From Candidatus Aminicenantes bacterium (GTDB lineage Bacteria; Acidobacteriota; Aminicenantia; UBA2199), in assembly GCA_026393775.1 (NCBI GenBank), contig JAPKZM010000159.1, positions 1 to 32,260 on the forward strand: 32,260 nt of DNA, in the 5' to 3' direction. Position 1 is the first letter of the stretch. Each line of letters begins with the position of its first letter. The position numbers and the translations under genes were made by a program. Shown here piece by piece: positions 18,057-24,337 of the stretch. The notes below the pieces were generated by a model. It saw nothing but the letters and a program-made list of their open reading frames with translations, was not told the DNA's origin and searched no databases.

Positions 18057-18421
18057 GAGCCGAACGGCTCGAATTTCAGGATCTCCTCCTGGAGCCCCCT
18101 TTTCGGGCACTCGCGGAGAACGCGGAGATTTCCTTCGCTCTCTCCCTTCAGCGAGACGACAAGGTCCATCTGGTAGAGGCCCTCTTCGACCTTCTTCCAT
18201 TTGCTCTGCTTTTCGATAACAAGGCCTTCCGGGGTCAGGCCGGTTTTTTCGACGCCCAGCGGGCAGCGGCGGTGGACGGTTTCGACGAACAGCTTGACCG
18301 CGAATTTATTCTTGCCTTTGGCGACGATCTGGCTGCTCTCCATGCAGACATCGCAGGGGAACAGGGCGGCAAAACCGCCGGACAGCATGATCAATAACGT
18401 CAGCCATTTCACTCTTTTCAT
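18053..18421 (-). CDS. small exported Cys-containing hypothetical protein
   Basis: 122 aa with an N-terminal signal or anchor segment (WLTLLIMLSGGFAALF). It is convergent with mfd and overlaps it by 4 nt. Confidence 0.5.
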   Translation of the reverse strand: MKRVKWLTLLIMLSGGFAALFPCDVCMESSQIVAKGKNKFAVKLFVETVHRRCPLGVEKTGLTPEGLVIEKQSKWKKVEEGLYQMDLVVSLKGESEGNLRVLRECPKRGLQEEILKFEPFGS

Positions 18422-18498
18422 ATCTTTGCCTCAGGTTATATAAACAGCCTGGCGTCCTTTTTCTTGCCAAAAAAACGGCAAAACCCGGGAAAAAACGG

Positions 18499-19287
18499 CT
18501 ATTCCTTCAAGCGCACCCAGACGCCGGCCGAGGAGTGCTCGTCGCTGCGGCGCAATTCGAAATCGGGGAGCGACTTGATCAGCGACGACAGCTGGCGCTG
18601 GCCGAAGCTGCGCGGGTCGAAGCCCGGGTCGAGCTGCTGCAGCGCCTTGCCCATCGGCCCCAGGTTGGCCCAGCCGTTCTCCTGCACCACCATTTCGTAA
18701 GCCTCGCGCAGCAGCGGCATGGGGTCGGAGCCGGCGTACTGCGACTGCTGCGGTTGCGGCTGCGCTTCTTCCTTCTTGTTGCCGCCGCGGCCGCGCTGGG
18801 ACTGCGACTCCGGACGCGGCTTGCTCGCGCGCGTGGGGGCCAGGTTCTCGGTGTAGATGAAGAGGTCGCAGGCGTTGACGAAGGACTTGGGCGTCTTCTT
18901 CTGGCCGATGCCCATGACGAAGAAGCCCTCCTCGCGGATGCGCGTCGCCATGCGGGTGTAATCGCTGTCCGAGGAGACGATGCAGAAGCCCTCGACCAGT
19001 TTGCGGTGCATGATGTCCATGGCGTCGATGATCAGGGCGCTGTCGGTGGCGTTCTTGCCCACGGTGTAGCGGAACTGCTGGATGGGCTGCACGGCGTGCA
19101 GGTGCAGGGCGTCCTTCCAGGAGTGCATGGTCGAAGTGGTCCAGTCGCCGTAGATGCGGCGGATGGTCAGCGAGCCGTGCTTGGCGATCTCGGCCAGCAT
19201 CTTGGGCAGCAACGAGGCCTGGGCGTTGTCGCCGTCGATGAGCACGGCCATCTTATAGTCTTTGCTTTCCATTGTCGTTTCGGTCAT
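18499..19287 (-). CDS. NYN-domain (LabA-like) putative RNase with C-terminal OST-HTH/LOTUS domain
   Basis: NYN pattern: AVLIDGDNA, RIYGDW, GKNATDSALIIDAMD, IVSSDSDYT. A low-complexity linker leads to a LOTUS-like tail (GWANLGPMGKALQQLDPGFDPRSFGQRQLSSLIKSL). aagggagag precedes ATG 19287. The ORF is open up to 19314. Confidence 0.75.
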   Translation of the reverse strand: MTETTMESKDYKMAVLIDGDNAQASLLPKMLAEIAKHGSLTIRRIYGDWTTSTMHSWKDALHLHAVQPIQQFRYTVGKNATDSALIIDAMDIMHRKLVEGFCIVSSDSDYTRMATRIREEGFFVMGIGQKKTPKSFVNACDLFIYTENLAPTRASKPRPESQSQRGRGGNKKEEAQPQPQQSQYAGSDPMPLLREAYEMVVQENGWANLGPMGKALQQLDPGFDPRSFGQRQLSSLIKSLPDFELRRSDEHSSAGVWVRLKE

Positions 19288-19426
19288 TTTCTCTCCCTTG
19301 GGTCTTGGGGCCATGATTCAATTTAACAGAATGGGCAAGATTAGTCAAGGGCAGGGGTGATCTATTGTGACGGGTAACGCGTGACGAGATAAGAAAAAGG
19401 ACAGTGTGGGGGCGGCCCCCCTCGGT

Positions 19427-19473
19427 GGCAGACAAATCATATCCGCCGAAGTCGGCGGATGATTTGTGCTGCC
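19427..19473. repeat. long intergenic hairpin (about 21 bp of pairing, one 1-nt and one 2-nt bulge, 4-nt loop)
   Basis: ggcagacaaatcatatccgccg-aagt-cggcggatgatttgtgctgcc, followed on the + strand by ...gcccttttt. Confidence 0.55.
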
Positions 19474-19491
19474 CTTGCGGCTGCCCTTTTT

Positions 19492-19521
19492 AAATTCCAA
19501 ATCACAAGTTCCAAATTTCAA
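19492..19521. repeat. CCAAAT-rich dispersed repeat, copy 1
   Basis: aaattccaaatcacaagttccaaatttcaa matches 21124-21153 at 25/30 positions (hand alignment). Its ccaaatttcaa 11-mer also occurs inverted within 21329-21362. Confidence 0.55.
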
Positions 19522-19558
19522 TGTCCTAAACAGGAAAGATTTCAAGATTCTTGATTGG

Positions 19559-19584
19559 TAGGGGTTTGATTAATCAAACCCCTA
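19559..19584. repeat. perfect 26-bp palindrome
   Basis: taggggtttgattaatcaaaccccta equals its own reverse complement. Confidence 0.75.
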
Positions 19585-19772
19585 TCGGATCCATCGTTCG
19601 TTCCATTGCCTCTTTTTTCATTAATGAAGATGCCGTGTCAACCTTTTTCTTGCTTTGAACGTCTATAGCTAATGAGCGGCCTGAAGCGTTTATGCGAAGA
19701 TTAAAAAAGAGTCTTTCACGATAAAGCGTCCAGGTCGGATTTTATAATTTTCAGCATGTAACGAGGTGCAAA

Positions 19773-20861
19773 ATGCGATTTGTATTATGGATGGTCAAAC
19801 GTGTGATCCCGCTCTACCTTCTGGCCGGCGTTTCCCTGGCCATCGGTGCCGGGCCGCAAGATGAGTCTGGTGGATTGAACGGGCAGCTGCAATTCAACTG
19901 TGATGAGGCCGAATGCGTGCTGGCGATCGTTGCCAAGAACCATTCTGGAATGAAAATCGAACAGTCCGACTGGCAGCGCCTGTTTGCCAGCGAACCCTAT
20001 GTCCGCTTGAAAAAGCGTGAAGCGGAGATCGGCCTGATGTTCAAAGCCCCCGAACGTGCTTTAACCGACGAAAAATTCAGGGAGTTTGTCCTGGGCGCTG
20101 AACTGGGGCAACGTGCCGCGGATCTGCGGCGTGTGCTGCAGGAATGGAAAGAAACCGATATAAATGCCATTGCAAAACGCATATTGGTTTATCTGCCTGT
20201 TGATGCGCGCATCAAGGCCAAGATCTATCCGGTCATCAAGCCCATGGGCAACAGTTTCGTGTATGAAGTCAACACCGACCCGGCCATCTTTCTTTATCTG
20301 GACCCGCAGCGCAGCCGCGAGCAGTTCGAAAACACGGTGGCCCACGAGTTGCATCATATCGGTTTCGCCAGTATCGAGTCCCGCCTGAAGGAACCATCCG
20401 CCGCTGCCACAACCGAATTGACTGCCGCTGTGAAATGGCTGGGAGCCTTCGGCGAGGGTTTTGCCATGCTGGCCGCCGCCGGAGGCCCGGACGCGGATCC
20501 ACACCAGTACAGCCCGGAGGCGGACCGGGTGCGCTGGCAGAAGGACTTGGCCAACTTCAATGACGACCTGGGAAAGGTCGAGAAATTTTTTCTCGATGTT
20601 CTCGCCGGCCGCTTCGAGAGCCAGGAGAAGATCGACCAGACGGGTTTCTCCTTTTTCGGAGTCCAAGGGCCCTGGTATACGGTCGGTTACAAAATGGCGA
20701 TGATGGTCGAAAAATATGCCGGCCGGGCCATGCTGATCCGCTGCATGGAGGAGCCGCGCCTGCTGCTGCAGGAGTACAATCGCCTGGCCGCGATGGAAAA
20801 TAAAGGCGGAGCGAAGCTGGCGCTCTGGTCGCCGGAATTGCTGGCAAAGATCGGGATATGA
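19773..20861 (+). CDS. exported putative zinc metallopeptidase (HExxH; DUF5700-like)
   Basis: Has a signal or anchor segment and the motif TVAHELHHIGF (HExxH). 362 aa. gaggtg lies 5 nt upstream of the ATG. Confidence 0.55.
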   Translation: MRFVLWMVKRVIPLYLLAGVSLAIGAGPQDESGGLNGQLQFNCDEAECVLAIVAKNHSGMKIEQSDWQRLFASEPYVRLKKREAEIGLMFKAPERALTDEKFREFVLGAELGQRAADLRRVLQEWKETDINAIAKRILVYLPVDARIKAKIYPVIKPMGNSFVYEVNTDPAIFLYLDPQRSREQFENTVAHELHHIGFASIESRLKEPSAAATTELTAAVKWLGAFGEGFAMLAAAGGPDADPHQYSPEADRVRWQKDLANFNDDLGKVEKFFLDVLAGRFESQEKIDQTGFSFFGVQGPWYTVGYKMAMMVEKYAGRAMLIRCMEEPRLLLQEYNRLAAMENKGGAKLALWSPELLAKIGI

Positions 20862-20918
20862 ATTAAGCGGGAGGGGCAGCACAAACCATTCGCTGACCTT
20901 GGCGGATTTAATTTGTCT

Positions 20919-20974
20919 ACCATCACTATGTTTTCAGCCAATTCGGGTAGCCGCTGAAAACATCTAGTGATGGT
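20919..20974. repeat. hairpin element H1
   Basis: Arms are accatcactatgttttcagc and gctgaaaacatCTagtgatggt, giving a 20-bp stem with a 2-nt bulge and a 14-nt loop. Confidence 0.7.
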
Positions 20975-21034
20975 ATACTTTCACTAGATGATTTCAATGA
21001 ATCATAAGGCTGGTTGAAATCATAGTGAAAGTAT
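20975..21034. repeat. hairpin element H2 (same family as H1, inverted orientation)
   Basis: Arms are atactttcactAGatgatttcaa and ttgaaatcatagtgaaagtat. The reverse complement aligns to the H1 arms at about 15/20 and 19/24 positions by hand. Confidence 0.65.
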
Positions 21035-21078
21035 GTCCCCGTAGGGGATTGAAACCCTTTTCCTCTGTGAAGATAACC

Positions 21079-21113
21079 GGGAGGGTTGCACCCCAAGGGG
21101 GTTAAACCCTCCC
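21079..21113. repeat. GC-rich nested stem-loop embedded in AT-rich DNA
   Basis: gggagggtt (21079-21087) pairs with aaccctccc (21105-21113). An inner cccc-aa-gggg stem lies at 21091-21100. Confidence 0.6.
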
Positions 21114-21123
21114 CTACATGGGA

Positions 21124-21153
21124 AAATTCCAAATCCCAAATTCCAAGCTCCAA
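21124..21153. repeat. CCAAAT-rich dispersed repeat, copy 2
   Basis: aaattccaaatcccaaattccaagctccaa matches 19492-19521 at 25/30 positions. Confidence 0.55.
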
Positions 21154-21183
21154 ACAAAGACAATAGAAATTTTCTTTCGTAGG

Positions 21184-21201
21184 GAACGCAAATTTGCGTT
21201 C
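21184..21201. repeat. perfect 18-bp palindrome
   Basis: gaacgcaaatttgcgttc is self-complementary. Confidence 0.7.
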
Positions 21202-21268
21202 TCTACCCAAGGCATATCTCGATTCATTGCCTTCGTTTGGGTCATTCGGTTATTGGAATTTGTGATTT

Positions 21269-21326
21269 TAGTCACATTTTGGTTTCAGCAAGTTCAATGA
21301 GTCGCTGGAACCATCTAATGTGACTA
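21269..21326. repeat. hairpin element H3 (same family and orientation as H1)
   Basis: Arms are tagtcacattttggtttcagc and gctggaaccatctaatgtgacta. It shares tttcagc...gctgRaaMcatctaRtg with H1. Confidence 0.6.
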
Positions 21327-21364
21327 TAGAATTTGGTGCTTGGTGCTTGAAATTTGGTTTCCAC

Positions 21365-21379
21365 GAAATGTCACATTTC
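21365..21379. promoter_or_regulatory. 15-bp palindrome (operator-like) abutting a putative promoter
   Basis: gaaatgt-c-acatttc has perfect 7-bp half-sites. It ends 6 nt before the putative -35. Confidence 0.35.
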
Positions 21380-21385
21380 TCCCTA

Positions 21386-21414
21386 TTGCTTGTTTTTGTC
21401 CCGCGCCCTATACT
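21386..21414 (+). promoter_or_regulatory. putative sigma70-type promoter for the protease-OLD operon (TTGCTT-N17-TATACT)
   Basis: ttgctt at 21386-21391 and tatact at 21409-21414. It lies about 110 nt upstream of ATG 21526. Confidence 0.35.
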
Positions 21415-21525
21415 TTTCTCTTAGCTGCAGCATGGGTATAAGAACGAATGTTACTATTCTGAATCCCAAACCATGCACCGGCGGAAGCTTGGTTTTAGGT
21501 GGGAGTTCCTTGGTGGAGAAAAAAA

Positions 21526-22437
21526 ATGAATATCAGATTTCGACAAATTTTCCTTTTGATAGTAGTTTTCCTTTATTTAAAAACTGGAGTAAATGCAATG
21601 AGAATACCTGAACAAGTCAAAGAGATTGTAATTTTTATCTATATTAAAGGATCGGATGGAAAACTCATCCCAAATGGTACAGCGTTCTTTGTAGGAGTCA
21701 AAGATCAAAAAAAAGAAGACCGATTCTGGGTATATCTCATTACTGCAAAGCATGTTCTCTGTGAAAAAGAAGATGGTCCTTTTTTGCCATTTATATATTT
21801 AAGATTGGACAAATTGGAGGGGGGGACAGAAATCGTTGAACTCCCAGTAGTTTTGTCAGGGGAAACACAAACGGTTTTTTTTCACTCTGATCCAACCGTC
21901 GATTTAGTTGCTATCCCCGTTCTCCCAGATCAAAATAAATATCTATTTAAGTTTTTACCTGAAGAAATGATTTCAACACAAGAACAATTTAAATCCTTAA
22001 AAATTTCTGAAGGGTCAGAAGTTTTTTTTACTGGTCTCTTTCTTCCTCACATCGGAGAACTTAGGAACCTTCCAATTGTAAGGTTTGGCCGAGTTGCACT
22101 TGTTACTCCAGAAAGAGTTAATTGGAATGGCAAGAAAATTGAGTTGTATCTTATTGAATCCTCATCTTATGGAGGAAATAGTGGTTCTCCAGTTTTCTTT
22201 TATCTCGGGTCTGATCGTGAACCTGGCAGCCTTGTGGTCGGTCCTCCAGTCCTTGTCCTCGCAGGTGTCATTAAGGGTTCATTTCAAGACATTAAACCAA
22301 TCCAAGTCACGAACACTTCTCCAATTGCAGTTAGTGTTTCTAATCTTGGCATTTCTGCAGTGGTTCCTGCATTTAAATTATCTGAACTCCTCCAATCATC
22401 TGATCTAAAAAAGCGAAGGGGGTCCGAAGGGGAATGA
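21526..22437 (+). CDS. trypsin-like (S1 / Trypsin_2-type) serine protease with a hydrophobic N-terminus
   Basis: Catalytic triad in canonical order: His in LITAKHVL (codon 21751-21753), Asp in TVDLVAIPV (21901-21903), Ser in YGGNSGSPVF (22180-22182). ggtggag precedes ATG 21526. Alternative starts are 21499 (GTG) and 21598 (ATG). Confidence 0.75.
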   Translation: MNIRFRQIFLLIVVFLYLKTGVNAMRIPEQVKEIVIFIYIKGSDGKLIPNGTAFFVGVKDQKKEDRFWVYLITAKHVLCEKEDGPFLPFIYLRLDKLEGGTEIVELPVVLSGETQTVFFHSDPTVDLVAIPVLPDQNKYLFKFLPEEMISTQEQFKSLKISEGSEVFFTGLFLPHIGELRNLPIVRFGRVALVTPERVNWNGKKIELYLIESSSYGGNSGSPVFFYLGSDREPGSLVVGPPVLVLAGVIKGSFQDIKPIQVTNTSPIAVSVSNLGISAVVPAFKLSELLQSSDLKKRRGSEGE

Positions 22438-22477
22438 TAATATTTCATATTTTTAATTAAAATAATGGAGAAATTTG

Positions 22478-24241
22478 ATGAAAATATCAAAAATTTCAAT
22501 AAGCAAATATAGGGCTTTCGATCAGAAAGTAACATTTCCTTTATCTGAACTTACAGTATTAACCGGACCCAATAATTTAGGGAAATCAACGATACTTAAT
22601 TCTTTAAATTTAATATTTGGCTCTGCAAGGCGGAATATGCAGTATAGATATATATCAAAAAAAGTTTATAATTATACAGACGATTACCCTAAACGATTTC
22701 AAGGTCATCGTGGTCGTCGTTGGCCAACTCGTTTTGAAGTTAGCCTGGATTTCACAGAAACAGATAAACAAAAAGCATTAAGAGATATAAATATCGAACT
22801 TCCAAATAGTGCTGAATTAGGCGTTGAGTTTCAGCAAATTGATTCGCGAGAAGCTCCATTTTTTTCATACTATGAAATTCTTTGGCTATCCTCTGATCAT
22901 GATCGTGAAAAATTTATTAAGTGGATAAGGGAACGAGTACGATATATTTATATTCCCGCTACACGAAATATAGAAGATTTTAAAAGAACAATATTTTCTG
23001 AACTTATATCTGGAGCAATTCATCGTGTTAGTAGAAGTCGGCAAAAAATAAAACTGTTTGAGAAATTTTATTCAGATATTCAGAGTCACCTTGCAAGTGT
23101 CGAACGAACCCTTGTTGATGAGCTTAAGAGATTTTTGCCTTCGGTTAATTCGATTAAATTTGGTATTGAACCATTAGATCTTGAACAATTAGTAAACTTG
23201 AATGATGTCGAAATACATGATGGGGCTCTCACATCACTTCTGCAAAAGGGAGATGGCTTTAAAAGCCTTTTTGTTATATCCATGTTGCAATTCATTGCTA
23301 AGCAACAATTTGGTCAGAATCTTATTTTTGGTATCGAAGAGCCTGAAGCTCATTTACACCCTTCTGCAATCTATCAGATTAAAGAAACCCTCCGTCATTT
23401 AAGTTCTTCATTTCAAACCATTATTACAACTCACTCTCCAATTATGATTCAGCGTGACAAGCTCAATAGTAATATTATTGTTCAACAAAAATCTGATGGA
23501 GAATTTGCATCAATTGCTACACCTGCAAAAAAACTTTCAGAGATCCGACAAGCATTGGGAATAAAACCCCAAGATAATATGACTACTGCTGAGGTTGTTT
23601 TAGTTGTTGAGGGCTTGACTGAAGAACGGTGCTTCGGTTATTTACTCAAAAAAGTTATTCCAGAATTAGGCGAATCACTAGATTCCGGACGAATTCGTAT
23701 ACTTTCTGCTAATGGGGCTTCAAATGTAATCGCAGTTGTCCGTGCTCTTGCAAGGGATGCGGCCAATTCAATCGTGTTTTTTGATTCGGATAATGAAGGA
23801 AATATGGCATATAAAAGTATTCTTAGTTCTGGACTGATTGACCCAGCAGATATATTCCATGTTCCTCCAAGACTTGGATGTTTAGAAACTGAGTTTGAGG
23901 ATTTATTTCTTCCTGAAATATATATAGATGCCGTTTCAGTTCGATGTGGACTAGATATTAATAGCAAAGTGTTCGAGGAGGCTCGAAAAAAATCTGGAGT
24001 GCACCAAACAAAGGCGAAAAAATGGTCACAAGTGATGAGTTCCCTGGTTTTAAATTGTGGGAAAGATTGGAATGTAATCTGCGATGTCGCAAAAGAAACA
24101 TTTTCTGACTCAATAATTAAACAAATATCCGCAATAGATATTTCAAATTTTATTTGGTTAAAAAGCATTGGGATTAGAATTAAAGATTATCTATCTGAAA
24201 ACAATTCTGGGAAAAGCAAAGCTAGATTGAGAAAATTATAA
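22478..24241 (+). CDS. OLD-family ABC-type ATPase + Toprim nuclease
   Basis: Has Walker A GPNNLGKST (22565-22591), a signature-like LQKGDGFKS, Walker B LIFGIEEPEAHLHP and an H-loop ITTHSP. The C-terminal Toprim has VLVVEGLTEE (Glu) and VFFDSDNEG (DxD). ggag lies 7 nt before the ATG, and the gene starts 40 nt after the protease stop. Confidence 0.85.
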   Translation: MKISKISISKYRAFDQKVTFPLSELTVLTGPNNLGKSTILNSLNLIFGSARRNMQYRYISKKVYNYTDDYPKRFQGHRGRRWPTRFEVSLDFTETDKQKALRDINIELPNSAELGVEFQQIDSREAPFFSYYEILWLSSDHDREKFIKWIRERVRYIYIPATRNIEDFKRTIFSELISGAIHRVSRSRQKIKLFEKFYSDIQSHLASVERTLVDELKRFLPSVNSIKFGIEPLDLEQLVNLNDVEIHDGALTSLLQKGDGFKSLFVISMLQFIAKQQFGQNLIFGIEEPEAHLHPSAIYQIKETLRHLSSSFQTIITTHSPIMIQRDKLNSNIIVQQKSDGEFASIATPAKKLSEIRQALGIKPQDNMTTAEVVLVVEGLTEERCFGYLLKKVIPELGESLDSGRIRILSANGASNVIAVVRALARDAANSIVFFDSDNEGNMAYKSILSSGLIDPADIFHVPPRLGCLETEFEDLFLPEIYIDAVSVRCGLDINSKVFEEARKKSGVHQTKAKKWSQVMSSLVLNCGKDWNVICDVAKETFSDSIIKQISAIDISNFIWLKSIGIRIKDYLSENNSGKSKARLRKL

Positions 24242-24337
24242 GCATAATTATAAGGGGATTTTATGTTAGTGATGGTTCTTGACTTTAGAAAACATTAGAA
24301 TCGGTCATTTTAAAAAACATTTTGTTTGAGAACTATA

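Noticed and set aside
21037-21056. CRISPR-repeat-like ending (ccccgtaggggattgaaac)
   Set aside because: It occurs as a single copy only. There is no regularly spaced repeat-spacer array anywhere in the window and there are no cas genes.
20919-21326. Idea that hairpins H1-H3 are integron attC sites or a retron msr/msd RNA
   Set aside because: I found no integron integrase and no RYYYAAC/GTTRRRY core sites at the hairpin ends. The window has no reverse transcriptase gene. The bulged-hairpin resemblance alone is insufficient.
20926-21611. Small ORFs in the island leader: 20926-21210(-), 21118-21300(+), 21354-21611(+)
   Set aside because: They run straight through hairpin and palindrome elements and dispersed repeats, lack SD sequences and have odd composition. 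The last one overlaps the protease start out of frame.
23638-24168. 176-aa antisense ORF inside the AT-rich OLD gene, long for low-GC DNA
   Set aside because: In this antisense frame, stops need sense codons starting with TA or CA preceded by T or C. This stretch of the OLD gene happens to have few such junctions. The product is Ser-rich and low-complexity with no SD.
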